Origin: Bacillota bacterium
Lineage (GTDB): Bacteria > Bacillota > SHA-98 > UBA4971
Assembly (NCBI GenBank): GCA_024653485.1
Contig: JANLFY010000003.1
Coordinates: 112,686-176,685, forward strand
Length of the DNA: 64,000 nt
Reading direction: 5' to 3'
The position numbers were made by a program, and so were the translations under genes. A model generated the notes under the pieces. That model saw nothing but the letters and a program-made list of their open reading frames with translations, was not told the origin of the DNA and ran no database searches. Within the stretch, counting starts at the first letter, position 1. Each line of letters opens with the position of its first letter. Shown piece by piece: positions 18,479 to 29,562 of this stretch.

Positions 18479-19093
18479 CTAACTCACGTCAGGTGATCGG
18501 TCGGAACGCGTGTAGAGCCCGGTTTTTCGAATGTAGTTCTCCACGCTCTCGGGGAGGAGATAGCGGATGGGATCTCCGTGCTTCACCCTCGCCCTGATGT
18601 CAGTGGATGAGATGGCGAGAGCGGGCACCTCCAGGACGAACACCCCGTGGGTAGAGACTGCACGCGCCCGGCCAAGCTCAGACTCAAGACGGGCAGTGCA
18701 ATACCCTGGCCTTGTCGCAACGATGAAGGCACACATCCTCAGCAGCTCGTGGGCGTCCTTCCACGTGAATATCTCGACTGCAGCGTCTGCTCCCGTGATG
18801 AAGTAGAGTCCCGTGCCAGGCCCGTGCTTCGTCCGGAACTCCTTCACGGTGTCCACGGTGTACGACGGGCCCGGGCGGTCGAGCTCCACCCTGGAGACCT
18901 CGAAGTACGGATTCGTCGCGGTCGCCAGAACGGTCATCATGTACCGATCCCGTCCGGGCGATATGTCCACCCCGCGCTTATGGGGAGGCACGCCGGAAGG
19001 CACGAACACCACCGCGTCAAGGCCGAACTTCACTCTGGCCACCTCCGCGGTCACGAGGTGCCCATGGTGTATCGGATCAAAGGTGCCACCCAT
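18479..19093 (-). CDS. nadD: Nicotinate-nucleotide adenylyltransferase NadD
   Basis: MGGTFDPIHHGHL...GVPPHKR... is the (H/T)xGH nucleotidyltransferase signature. Start taken at the internal M. Confidence 0.85.
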   Translation of the reverse strand: MGGTFDPIHHGHLVTAEVARVKFGLDAVVFVPSGVPPHKRGVDISPGRDRYMMTVLATATNPYFEVSRVELDRPGPSYTVDTVKEFRTKHGPGTGLYFITGADAAVEIFTWKDAHELLRMCAFIVATRPGYCTARLESELGRARAVSTHGVFVLEVPALAISSTDIRARVKHGDPIRYLLPESVENYIRKTGLYTRSDRSPDVS

Positions 19094-19169
19094 GATGCCG
19101 AGTCGCCTCGCTTGGCAGGCGTCCTGCTTGACACAGGCGGCTCCATCCTTCACGACCGGATCCCTCCCG

Positions 19170-20234
<1,065 letters not shown>

Positions 20235-20388
20235 TCAGGCCCAAGGCCCAACCTGGCGTGCAGCAAGCAATGCACCGCGGGACAACGAGCAAACGGACTC
20301 ACCCGCAAGACGGAGTCAGCCACGCGTTGCGTCGGACCCTCGGGCGGAAGCGCGGTCCGTGTCAGCGTCCGAACACAGGCAGTGCAAG

Positions 20389-20430
20389 AAAGCCCTCCGC
20401 AGGCCTTCCAACGCGCCTGCGGAGGGCTGT
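20389..20430. terminator. GC-rich hairpin (AGCCCTCCGCAGGC...GCCTGCGGAGGGCT) in the rpmA–obg intergenic region; possible factor-independent terminator without U-tract
   Basis: 14-bp perfect inverted repeat seen directly. Lies ~215 nt downstream of the rpmA stop on the minus strand. Confidence 0.3.
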
Positions 20431-20643
20431 GTGCTTCCGGCGACGCCATGGACGATCGCGCCATACCCCGGAAAGGGCTCTTGGCCGCACGCACCCCCAC
20501 GAGACCGGCCGGCCCCAACGCGCTGCGGCACATTACGCCATGAGCACGATGAGGTCGCTTGAGACCCTGGCGCACGCGCGAGCCCCGACGCGCCCGGGCT
20601 GAGTTGCCAGCCGCAGCCTGGCGCGGCCTCCGGCCCGCGTTGC

Positions 20644-20913
20644 CTAGGAACCCGCGACCTCCGCGGGATAGACGCATACTCGCTTCCCGTCCTTGCCGCA
20701 CCGTTCGTACGCCACGCGCCCGCTGACCTTGGCGTAGAGGGTGTCGTCTCCGCCGATCCCGACGTTAGCTCCCGCGCGTATCTTCGTGCCCCGCTGCCGA
20801 ACGAGAATGCTGCCCGCGGACACGAATTCGCCCGCGTGCTCTTTCACGCCGAGCCGCTTTGACCTGGAATCACGACCGTTCCTCGAGCTGCCTACACCTT
20901 TCTTATGGGCCAC
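20644..20913 (-). CDS. rpmA: 50S ribosomal protein L27 (no N-terminal propeptide)
   Basis: [24 protein letters not shown]... starts directly at the mature-type N-terminus. Confidence 0.9.
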   Translation of the reverse strand: MAHKKGVGSSRNGRDSRSKRLGVKEHAGEFVSAGSILVRQRGTKIRAGANVGIGGDDTLYAKVSGRVAYERCGKDGKRVCVYPAEVAGS

Positions 20914-20916
20914 CCC

Positions 20917-21288
20917 TCACACCTCCCCGCCGTCAGAAGAGCTCACGGGCGCTTCCGAGCTGCCGGTGGCGGACTCGCGCTGAATGCTCGTCACGCGCAC
21001 CTCGGTGAACGGCTGCCTATGGCCGTAGCGCCTTCTGTAATTCTTCTTGGCCTTGTACTTGAAAACCAGCAACTTGCGGGACTTGCCCTCCGATACTACC
21101 GTGGCGACGACCTTCGCTCCAGGCACATATGGGGTCCCAAGAGTGACGACGCCCGCATCATCCGACACCAGCAGCACGTGGTCGAACTCAACGGTGTCCC
21201 CCGGCCCCTTGCCCAGTTTCTCAACGCGGAGGATGTCGTCCCGGCTTACACGGTACTGCTTCCCGCCCGTCTCGATAACAGCATACAT
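20917..21288 (-). CDS. rplU: 50S ribosomal protein L21
   Basis: [25 protein letters not shown]... with a short acidic/Ser-rich C-terminal extension. Start at the internal M of the track ORF. Confidence 0.85.
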   Translation of the reverse strand: MYAVIETGGKQYRVSRDDILRVEKLGKGPGDTVEFDHVLLVSDDAGVVTLGTPYVPGAKVVATVVSEGKSRKLLVFKYKAKKNYRRRYGHRQPFTEVRVTSIQRESATGSSEAPVSSSDGGEV

Positions 21289-21431
21289 CTCGACCCTCGC
21301 GTCTCCTCTCGCTTCGACTCGCCGGGGCAAGGCACCCCAGTCATTCGACTTGGGAGTTTTCGCGGCCCGCCCCGAGCGGCGTGGCAATGCACACCCACGA
21401 AGATCAGTTTACCACAGTCGCTCAGACCGTG

Positions 21432-23198
21432 TCAAACGCCGCCCTCGGCCGCCCCTGCGGTGACCATGGGGCGGTCCAGCCCTCCTCCGGGACCGCCCTC
21501 TGATGCGTCGCGGGGTCTCGCCCGAGCATACGTTCTGAACACCTTTGCGATCTCCACCTTGACCCTCTTGCCCACGAGCTTTCCGCCGCCATCTATGTCA
21601 ACGATGTAGCCGTCGATGCGCGTTATCCCGTTGCTCGGGTTGGAGGCGTGCGGCTCCTGGACTTCCACCTCCAGGACGTCCCCAACGCTTACCGGAAGAG
21701 CCCTCTTCTCAACCTCCTCGCGAGTCCCGGTGGCGACCACCTCCATGTCCTCTAGGTGGAGCGAGGGGTTCCCCTTGACGTAGATCACCTTGCCCGTCTC
21801 CTGTTCGACTCTGGACAGATTGCTACCTCCCTGACCTATGAGAAGCGCTGCCACGCTGGGGTGCAGCGACACGAGCATCGCCTCCTCAGTCTGACGGGCG
21901 GCGATTCTCCTAATGTCCTTCTCTGCCCGGAGGGCAAGCGTCTCCTCGGACAGGACACGCCCTCGCCCATCGCAGTATGGGCACGGTCGTGACAGCGTCT
22001 CCTCCAAGCCGGGGCGGGTCTTCTTGCGGGTCATCTCGAGAAGGCCGAGGTGGGTGAATCCGAGCACGCTGGCACGCGTCTTGTCTTTCCGCAGCTCCTC
22101 CTCGAGCCTCTTTATCACCTGCTGGCGGGCTTCTTCTGAGTCCATGTCGATGAAGTCTATTACGATGATGCCTCCAACGTTGCGCAATCTCAACTGATGA
22201 GCGATCTCCGCCGCAGCCTCCAGGTTCGTCCTGAGCACCGTGTCTTGCAGGTTCGTCGTGCCTATGAACCTGCCGGTGTTGACGTCAATGCTCGTGAGAG
22301 CCTCAGTGTGGTCGAATACCAGGTACCCGCCGCACGAAAGCCACACTCTGCGGCGCAGCGCTTTCTCTATCTCCTCCTCCACGCCGTAGTGGTCGAAGAT
22401 GGGCTCCTCCTCGGCGTAGTACTTGAGTTTCCCTTTCAGCTGCGGAGACATGATGTTCACTAGGTCCCTGGCCTTCTCGAACTCGTGAGCGTCGTCCACG
22501 ATGAACTCGTCCACGTCCTCCGTCAGGAGATCTCTCATTATCCGGTAGATGAGATCGTAGTCCCGATGCAGCAGTGCGGGAGCTGAGGTGCGGCGTGCCT
22601 TCGTCTTGATGCGACGCCAGAGTTTCACCAGGAATCCGATCTCTTGGACGATCTCCTTTTCGTCTTTCCCCTCCGCAGCGGTCCGCACGATCACCCCGCA
22701 ACCCCTGGGTTTGGCCCTCATCGCGATCTTCTTCAAACGCCCGCGTTCCTCATCGTTGGAGATCCGCCTGCTCACCCCCACATAGTCCACTGTGGGCATG
22801 AGGACGATGTTCCTTCCGGGCAGCGTGACCTGGGTCACTACCCGCGCCCCCTTCGTTCCAATGGGCTCCTTCGTCACCTGGACTATTATCTGCTGCCCTT
22901 CCTTGAGGAGGTCCTTGATGGATAGAGTCTTGACATCCTCCACGTCTATGTCATCGAATTGACCCTCACGCGCCTTGAGAGCGTCCTCCACGTAGAGAAA
23001 CGCGTTGCGCTCCAGTCCGACGTCGACGAAGGCCGCCTGCATTCCAGGGAGCACGTTCTCCACACGACCCTTGTATATGTTCCCCACGTACCTTTGGTGG
23101 GCCTGCCTCTCAATCTGAATCTCCACCAAGTGCCCGTTTTCTATCACAGCGGCCCGGGTCTCGCCAGGCCGCACATTCACGACTATCTCCTTGGACAT
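21432..23198 (-). CDS. rng: Ribonuclease G (Rne/Rng family endoribonuclease)
   Basis: MSKEIVVNVRPGETRAAVIENGHLVEIQIER...GNIYKGRVENVLPGMQAAFVDVG shows S1 domain plus the RNase E/G catalytic core (DFIDMD...). Low-complexity G/A-rich C-terminal tail. Confidence 0.85.
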   Translation of the reverse strand: MSKEIVVNVRPGETRAAVIENGHLVEIQIERQAHQRYVGNIYKGRVENVLPGMQAAFVDVGLERNAFLYVEDALKAREGQFDDIDVEDVKTLSIKDLLKEGQQIIVQVTKEPIGTKGARVVTQVTLPGRNIVLMPTVDYVGVSRRISNDEERGRLKKIAMRAKPRGCGVIVRTAAEGKDEKEIVQEIGFLVKLWRRIKTKARRTSAPALLHRDYDLIYRIMRDLLTEDVDEFIVDDAHEFEKARDLVNIMSPQLKGKLKYYAEEEPIFDHYGVEEEIEKALRRRVWLSCGGYLVFDHTEALTSIDVNTGRFIGTTNLQDTVLRTNLEAAAEIAHQLRLRNVGGIIVIDFIDMDSEEARQQVIKRLEEELRKDKTRASVLGFTHLGLLEMTRKKTRPGLEETLSRPCPYCDGRGRVLSEETLALRAEKDIRRIAARQTEEAMLVSLHPSVAALLIGQGGSNLSRVEQETGKVIYVKGNPSLHLEDMEVVATGTREEVEKRALPVSVGDVLEVEVQEPHASNPSNGITRIDGYIVDIDGGGKLVGKRVKVEIAKVFRTYARARPRDASEGGPGGGLDRPMVTAGAAEGGV

Positions 23199-23279
23199 CC
23201 GCTTCACTCCTCGAAATAAGTCCCCAATGGGGAAAGCCCGGCCGGGGCGGGCTCCCAGACCCGGACCCCGAATAGCCAT

Positions 23280-24008
23280 CTAGAGAACGGGGCAGAGAGC
23301 CCCGTCCCTCCTCATGAAAAACTCCTTGCGCACGATCCTCGCGGGACGGACGGCCCTGCCGCTTGCCGCCCGACGCTGGATCTCCCGAACGATATCCCCG
23401 GGTCTCACGTGCCGATCTGGTCCCTCACCAACCAGGATGCACACCCTATCGGTCACGTCTCCCCGAAAGAACTTGAGGTCGTAGATGAGAGGTCTCAGAT
23501 CGACCTCCTTGGTGCCTTTGGGCGTCGCACGGAACACGGGAACCGCGCGCGCCCGAAGGATCCCCTCGACCGCAGCCTCGATATGGCCTCCCCACGCTCC
23601 GGCGTCTTCGCGCTCAAAGTCCACTTCGTAGGACACTGCCTGGATCAACATGCTCAGTGAGGGCCCTCCCTGCGGCACAAGCGCGCAAGCCACTAGCGCT
23701 AGACAGCTGGGCAGAGCGTCGCGCACTCTTGCGCCCGCCTCACTGGGGTCGGGGCAGCCGCTGAGTTCCACGTCCACCAGCTCGCACTCGCTTTCGATCC
23801 CCACAGGCAGCGCGGGCGCGAAGGACATCCTCGGGTGAGGGTGAAAGCCCTGCGTCAGGGCCACGGGAAGTCCCGCCCGCCGAACCGCCCTTTCCACGGC
23901 TCGCATGAAATCCAGGTGCGACATGAACCGTGCCGGCCCAGTCTTTGATAGCTTGAGCCTGCAAACGACCCGCGATGCACCCCGAGGGGGAATCGTGCCG
24001 TTCTCCAC
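23280..24008 (-). CDS. TIGR03936-family (DUF2344) radical SAM-associated protein
   Basis: 242-aa ORF (KLSKTGPARFMSHLDFMRAVERAVRRAGLPVALTQGFHPHPRMSFAPALPVGIESE). One-nt overlap with the upstream radical SAM gene. Confidence 0.65.
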   Translation of the reverse strand: MENGTIPPRGASRVVCRLKLSKTGPARFMSHLDFMRAVERAVRRAGLPVALTQGFHPHPRMSFAPALPVGIESECELVDVELSGCPDPSEAGARVRDALPSCLALVACALVPQGGPSLSMLIQAVSYEVDFEREDAGAWGGHIEAAVEGILRARAVPVFRATPKGTKEVDLRPLIYDLKFFRGDVTDRVCILVGEGPDRHVRPGDIVREIQRRAASGRAVRPARIVRKEFFMRRDGALCPVL

Positions 24009-25903
24009 TACGATACCCCCTCAACAGGTCGTGCGAGTATGTGCGGCGCAACCCCAAGCTGTGGACAGACGCCGCATTTCACGCATTTCCCCAGGCGGCA
24101 ATCGGGGGTCGTCACGCCCTGAGCGGCCCTCGCGGACTCAGCCGCCAGGTACTCCTTGGACACCCCGGCGCTCAGATGCTCCCATGGGAGCACGTCATCG
24201 TAACCCCAGTGCTCATTGGCGTAGAACTCCGGCCGCACGCGCGCTCTGACAAATGCCTTCTGCCATTCCTCGAAACGCAGCTCTTCGTGCCATGCGTCGA
24301 ACCTGCACCCAAGAGCGGCCGCCTCTTCGACGGCAGCCGCGAGACGACGATCCCCCCTCGAAAAGACTGCCTCGAGGAAGCTCGCTTTCACGTCGTGCCA
24401 CATCAACTTGAGGCCCTTCCCGCGTAAGTGGCGTTTGAGGTAATCCTGTTTTGCGACGAGATCCTCCACGGGGGCTTGGGGGTGCCACTGAAACGGCGTA
24501 TGGGCCTTCGGAACGAAGGAAGAGACGCTCACGGTGACCTGGGGTGGCCGCTTCGAGCCCGCGCGGAGCGTCTGCTCCTTGCCGCAAGCCAAGGCCTCTC
24601 TGGCGAGGTCCACTATGCCTGCCAGGTCATCCTCGGTTTCTGTTGGCAAGCCAATCATGAAGTACAGCTTGACACCCTGCCAACCTGCGGCAAAGGCCGC
24701 CCTGACCGCCTCCAGCAGGTCATCCCTGTTCACTCCCTTGTTTATCACGTCTCTGAGCCTTTGCGTCCCCGCCTCCGGAGCGAAAGTCAGACCGGTTCTT
24801 CTGCCTTTCTCCACCTCCTTCGCTAGATCCACGGAAAACGAGTCCACTCGAAGCGACGGAAGGGAAACCGCCACGCCCGATCCGGAGTACCGCTCGAGGA
24901 GACTCGACACAAGCTCTCTGATGCGCGAGTAATCGGCGCTCGAAAGGGACATCAGGGACATTTCCTCGTACCCTGTGCTCGTCACGAGGCGTCCCGCGAG
25001 GTCGCACAGGTCGTCGAGGTCTCTCTCCCTCACTGGCCGGTAGACCATGCCCGCCTGGCAAAACCTGCAGCCATGGGTACACCCGCGGAAGATCTCGAGC
25101 ATGATCCGGTCGTGGATGATCTCGGCGAACGGCACCACGAATTTGTCTGGGAACGGGACGGCGTCAAGGTCTCTGACCACCCTCTTTTCCACGGGGTACG
25201 CCGCAGCCGAGCTCGTTGGAAGGATTCTGGAGAGCTTGCCATCCTTCCCGTACTCCACCTCATATAGGGACGGCACGTATACGCCCGGAACGCGCGCCAA
25301 GGCCTCGAGCACCTCCCGTCTGGGGAGACCCTCGCGCTTCGCCTCCTTGTACACGTCGACTATCTCTCCCACCGCCTCCTCCCCCTCGCCAAGGAGCACG
25401 GCATCGAGGAAAGGCGCGATGGGCTCAGGGTTGTACGCGCAGGGTCCTCCCGCGATGACGATCGGGTCGTCTTCGCGCCTTGCGCTGGAGCGTGCGGGAA
25501 TACCGGCCAGGTCCAGCATGGCGAGGACGTTCGTGTAAGACAGCTCATACTGCAGGCTGAACCCGAGGATGTCGAACTCGCAAGCGGGAAGGCGCGACTC
25601 GAGGGAGTACAACGGGATTCCCCTTTCCTTCATCGCTGAGTGCATGTCCACCCACGGCATGAAGGTGCGCTCGCACGCCACGTCTTCTCGTTGATTGAGC
25701 AAGTAATACAGGATTTTCAGTCCCAGATGAGACATCCCCACCTCATAGGTGTCTGGGAAAGCCAGGAGGACCGTGACCTCCACCTCATCGAGGCTCTTGT
25801 GCACGGCGTTCCATTCGCCGTCAACGTAGCGGGCAGGTCTCTCCACTTTCTCAAGGAGCTCATCGAGCAAGCGCGAATCTATCTGCATGCACCGTCCCAC
25901 CAC
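24008..25903 (-). CDS. TIGR03960-family B12-binding-domain radical SAM protein
   Basis: CTHGCRFCQAGMVYRPVRER radical SAM cysteine motif, N-terminal B12-binding-like domain, 631 aa. Conserved partner of the downstream TIGR03936 gene and of rng. Confidence 0.7.
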   Translation of the reverse strand: MVGRCMQIDSRLLDELLEKVERPARYVDGEWNAVHKSLDEVEVTVLLAFPDTYEVGMSHLGLKILYYLLNQREDVACERTFMPWVDMHSAMKERGIPLYSLESRLPACEFDILGFSLQYELSYTNVLAMLDLAGIPARSSARREDDPIVIAGGPCAYNPEPIAPFLDAVLLGEGEEAVGEIVDVYKEAKREGLPRREVLEALARVPGVYVPSLYEVEYGKDGKLSRILPTSSAAAYPVEKRVVRDLDAVPFPDKFVVPFAEIIHDRIMLEIFRGCTHGCRFCQAGMVYRPVRERDLDDLCDLAGRLVTSTGYEEMSLMSLSSADYSRIRELVSSLLERYSGSGVAVSLPSLRVDSFSVDLAKEVEKGRRTGLTFAPEAGTQRLRDVINKGVNRDDLLEAVRAAFAAGWQGVKLYFMIGLPTETEDDLAGIVDLAREALACGKEQTLRAGSKRPPQVTVSVSSFVPKAHTPFQWHPQAPVEDLVAKQDYLKRHLRGKGLKLMWHDVKASFLEAVFSRGDRRLAAAVEEAAALGCRFDAWHEELRFEEWQKAFVRARVRPEFYANEHWGYDDVLPWEHLSAGVSKEYLAAESARAAQGVTTPDCRLGKCVKCGVCPQLGVAPHILARPVEGVS

Positions 25904-26048
25904 ATCAGCGCCACCACATAGGAGACTACGGCATCGGCCATAGTATTCTCACATGCCGACGCCCGAAACCGCGCCAGGCGTCGGCCCTCCCACCACATTC
26001 TATCAGATTCCATCACCATGCGCCACGAAAACATCCGAACCCCCGACG

Positions 26049-26921
26049 TCAAGGCGCGAGTGTGCCTATGGGCGCGTCTGGACCGTGTTTGGTCATGGCC
26101 TCCAGCACGTCGACCTCGGAAACGAGGCCTCTCATCGCTAGTTCGTCATCGAACACCGCCACAAGGTTGAGCTTGCCAGGAACGAACCGCCTTGCTACGC
26201 CGCCCAGGGGTGCCGCCTCATGCGCCGCCAGGACGTTTACTGCCATGGCACCCTGGGCGAGGAATCGATCCCTTTTCCTCAGGATGTCCTTGATACGTGC
26301 CCAAGACGCCATGTAAGCCTCCCGTGATGCAGCGAACACGAGGAATCCGCCGAGCACGGGCACGAGGATGTTGCAGTGCCCGAGGTACGCGAGCGCTCCA
26401 CCGATCACCAACACTCCCGCTCCGATGAGGCGGCCGAGTCCGGCTGCGAGCAGGGAAGCTCGCACCGGTCCCAAGGTGGGTGCGAGAGCCGCCCTAAGCA
26501 GGCGACCGCCATCCAGCGGAATGGCGGGAAGCAGGTTGAACACGCCCATGGCTACGTTCGTCTCCACCAGGAACTCTGAAAGGTTGCCTGAAACGTACCC
26601 GCAGCGCTCCATCACGACCACGAAGAGGGCGAAGGCGAAGTTGTGGACGGGTCCCGATGCGGCGATGAGAGCCTCTCGAACAGGGCTCGCCAGGAGGCTT
26701 TCGGAGAAGGACACGGAGCCCCCGAAAGGAAGGAGCTCGACGCGCGTGGCTCGGACGCCAAGACATGAGGCAACGGCGACGTGAGCAAGTTCGTGAAGGA
26801 GCACGACCCAGAACACGAGGACGGTTTCGCGGAACAGTCCGACCGAGGCGTACACGAAGAGGAGAAGGAGGAAGAACGGGTTGACCCCGACTTCCACTCC
26901 GAAAACGCGCACGCCTATCAC
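26049..26921 (-). CDS. spoIVFB: Site-2 protease family M50 zinc metalloprotease, SpoIVFB-like (pro-sigma-K processing)
   Basis: HELAH zinc motif in a TM helix and NLLPAIPLDGG motif, with a C-terminal CBS-like region. Position matches Bacillus spoIVFB after min/mre. Confidence 0.75.
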   Translation of the reverse strand: MIGVRVFGVEVGVNPFFLLLLFVYASVGLFRETVLVFWVVLLHELAHVAVASCLGVRATRVELLPFGGSVSFSESLLASPVREALIAASGPVHNFAFALFVVVMERCGYVSGNLSEFLVETNVAMGVFNLLPAIPLDGGRLLRAALAPTLGPVRASLLAAGLGRLIGAGVLVIGGALAYLGHCNILVPVLGGFLVFAASREAYMASWARIKDILRKRDRFLAQGAMAVNVLAAHEAAPLGGVARRFVPGKLNLVAVFDDELAMRGLVSEVDVLEAMTKHGPDAPIGTLAP

Positions 26922-27994
26922 AATCTGTCGCGCCTGCCTCCTTCGAGGTACGCGAAGGGATCCGTTGCCTTCCCGTTCAGCGAGACCTCGAAATGAAGGT
27001 GCGGACCGGTGGAAAGGCCGGTGCTGCCCACCTCCGCGATCTTCTGCCCCGTGCGCACCTTGTCTCCAGGTCTCACGAGGATCCTCGAGCAGTGAGCGTA
27101 CAGCGTGGTCAGCCGCCCCCCGTGATCCAACTCGACGATGTTGCCGTACGTTCCGCAGGGACCCGCGCGAATGACTCTCCCGGACGCCGCCGCTCGGACC
27201 GTAGCGCCCGCGGGGGCCGCAACGTCTATGCCCTCGTGGAAGAGACGTCGCCTATAGATGGGGTGAATCCTGTACCCAAAGCCGTACGTCACGCGACCGC
27301 TGACTGGGGCAGACAGCTTTCGAAGGTCATTGGCGGAAGTCGGAGGTGTTGGGCTGGAGGAGGGCGCGGAGCGAACAGTGGTGTGGGATTCTTGCTTCCC
27401 GGTGGCCTCGATGGCTGCGCCTTCCTTCGGCACCCCGTCTACGCGGTCGTCTCCTGCGCTCTCACCCACCGCGCCAGCTTCGGGGACAAGCCGCGTCACG
27501 CTTGCGGGAAGGGCGCGCCCTCCGCTCGGGCCGCGGCTCATCGCGAGCTGTGGCTGGTCCGGGCTGGCGCTTTCGCTTGACACGGCTGCGGCGTCTAGCG
27601 TCGCGCCCACTTCTGTAAGACGCGCCAGAGAGCGAGCGACGACCTCCGAGGTGTCAGGTGCGGTAGACGCGTCACCCGGCCCCCCGCCCGGCAGCCTGTC
27701 TGAACGCGCCCCCCCTCCCCCGGCGCTTGCCTCGCTGTTCTCCCTATCGGCAGCCTCTTTCGTCCACGGATTCCAGCCCAGCAGGCTTCGAGTCGCGTCG
27801 CGAATCTTCCCTGTCAGCTCCAAGAGACTCGTATCTTCCGTGAGAAGCGCCTGAACGCAGGACCTAACCCCCCTCCCGACCGGGAGGTTGCTCCTGCTGA
27901 CCGCGAGCACGAAACCGAAAACCAGGAACGATATCGCGGCGTCGCGAGCCAGCTTGGTCCGCATCGTGCCCCTCCTCCCGTGGAAAAGCCCCAT
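26918..27994 (-). CDS. M23 family metallopeptidase with N-terminal TM anchor (SpoIVFA position; catalytic motifs intact)
   Basis: C-terminal LytM domain YGFGYRIHPIYRRRLFHEGIDVAAPAGATV...GNIVELDHGG...GSTGLSTGPHLHFEV retains HxxxD and HxH zinc ligands. Long Ser/Ala/Gly/Pro-rich linker. Confidence 0.65.
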   Translation of the reverse strand: MGLFHGRRGTMRTKLARDAAISFLVFGFVLAVSRSNLPVGRGVRSCVQALLTEDTSLLELTGKIRDATRSLLGWNPWTKEAADRENSEASAGGGGARSDRLPGGGPGDASTAPDTSEVVARSLARLTEVGATLDAAAVSSESASPDQPQLAMSRGPSGGRALPASVTRLVPEAGAVGESAGDDRVDGVPKEGAAIEATGKQESHTTVRSAPSSSPTPPTSANDLRKLSAPVSGRVTYGFGYRIHPIYRRRLFHEGIDVAAPAGATVRAAASGRVIRAGPCGTYGNIVELDHGGRLTTLYAHCSRILVRPGDKVRTGQKIAEVGSTGLSTGPHLHFEVSLNGKATDPFAYLEGGRRDRL

Positions 27995-28103
27995 CCCGCC
28001 ACGGTAAGAGTATATTGCGCCATGCCAGCCGCTATGCGCGACCCCACGGGCAGCCGGGTCGCCAGACGATCGGGGGGCACGAGGGGGCCGGGTGCGTTGA
28101 TCC

Positions 28104-29228
28104 CTAAAAGAGGATCTTCTGCCTCCTCATGTATACGTCGAGGACGAATCCGATGGCGATGAGGTTCGCCATGAGAGAACTCCCTCCGTAGCTGAGGAAG
28201 GGCAGGGGAATGCCTGTCACGGGCATGAGGCTCATCGTCATCCCCACGTTGACCAGGACGTGAAAGAGGATCATCGCGGCCACGCCCGTGGCTACGAGAC
28301 GCCCGAAGGCGTCCTTCGCCAAGGCCGCGGCGTGCAGACACCTCCACAGGACGAAGCCGAACAGCGCTAGCACGACGACTGCCCCGATGAAGCCGAACTC
28401 TTCCCCGATTACAGAGAAGATGAAGTCCGTATGGTGGGCGGGGAGGAAGTTGAGGTGGGCCTGCGTGCCTCTGAAGAGACCCTTGCCGAAGAACCTTCCC
28501 GACCCGATGGCGATCGTGGACTGAATGACGTTGTATCCCGTGCCCGTTGGGTCAGCGTACGGGTTGAGGAAGGCGAGAAGCCTGGCACGCTGATAGTCTT
28601 TCAGCAGGAAAAAGAACACCACGGGCGAGGCGAGAGCCCCCGCGCCCGCCACAGCGAGAAGAGTCCTCGTAGGCGCCCCTGCTACGTACAGCATGGCAAA
28701 CGTTATCCCGCAGAACACGAGGGCTGTCCCGAGGTCGTTTTGAAGCAGAACCAACCCGGCGGGGACCGCCGCGTGGAGCAACGCGAGCGCGACCCCACGA
28801 TTGGTGGCAAGGTCATGCGCCTCGCACAGATGACGCGCTAGCGTGAGTATCAGCGCCACCTTAGCCAACTCCGACGGTTGAAGCGCCACAGGGCCGATCC
28901 TGAACCAGCTCTGTGCGCCCGAGATCCTGTGCCCCATCACCAACACCAGCGAGAGCAGTCCCACATTGGCTGCATACAGCGCTCTGTGGGCTCTGCCGGC
29001 GAGTCTATAGTCGGTGGTGAGCACCGCCACACAGGCCAATGTGCCGAGACCGAACGCGGCCACCTGCCTCTTGACGAAGTACAGCGGATCCTGGGGAGAC
29101 CCAGGACCAATTCCCCCACGCGTCGCGCTGAAGACGATCGCGAAGCCTATCACGCAGAGTGTCAGCACCGCGAGGATCAGCGAGTAGTCGAGGTTTCGGA
29201 GAAGACGCCGGTCGAGAAACACGGGCAC
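28104..29228 (-). CDS. rodA: Rod shape-determining protein RodA (SEDS family peptidoglycan glycosyltransferase)
   Basis: 374-aa 10-TM protein of the FtsW/RodA/SpoVE family, downstream of minE as in Clostridia. Confidence 0.8.
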   Translation of the reverse strand: MPVFLDRRLLRNLDYSLILAVLTLCVIGFAIVFSATRGGIGPGSPQDPLYFVKRQVAAFGLGTLACVAVLTTDYRLAGRAHRALYAANVGLLSLVLVMGHRISGAQSWFRIGPVALQPSELAKVALILTLARHLCEAHDLATNRGVALALLHAAVPAGLVLLQNDLGTALVFCGITFAMLYVAGAPTRTLLAVAGAGALASPVVFFFLLKDYQRARLLAFLNPYADPTGTGYNVIQSTIAIGSGRFFGKGLFRGTQAHLNFLPAHHTDFIFSVIGEEFGFIGAVVVLALFGFVLWRCLHAAALAKDAFGRLVATGVAAMILFHVLVNVGMTMSLMPVTGIPLPFLSYGGSSLMANLIAIGFVLDVYMRRQKILF

Positions 29229-29232
29229 GCCC

Positions 29233-29541
29233 TCACCTTCTGGCCTTGCCTCGGCGGCAGGCCTCGCTCCCCCGTCTCATTCCGATCACAGGCATGCTAG
29301 CTACCAGCGCAAGCCTCCTATCGGTCGAGTCGAACCTGAGACTCATGCCTGCCTCGTCGATCTCTACGTACTTCGATACAGCTCTCGCCAGGTCCACACG
29401 GAGACCCTCGAACACCTGTGGGGAGACCCCGACCCGATCGCACGCCAGCGTGACCTTGAGTCGCTCCTTGGCAAGGCTCTTGCTCCCCAGCCCGCCCGGC
29501 CTGGACTTGCCGCCCAGAATCCGTGACATGAAGTCGAACAC
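29233..29541 (-). CDS. minE: Cell division topological specificity factor MinE
   Basis: MFDFMSRILGGKSRPGGLGSKSLAKERLKVTLACDR..., ~100 aa, directly after minD. Confidence 0.8.
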   Translation of the reverse strand: MFDFMSRILGGKSRPGGLGSKSLAKERLKVTLACDRVGVSPQVFEGLRVDLARAVSKYVEIDEAGMSLRFDSTDRRLALVASMPVIGMRRGSEACRRGKARR

Positions 29542-29562
29542 GGCACGTCGCCTCCCCCGGCG

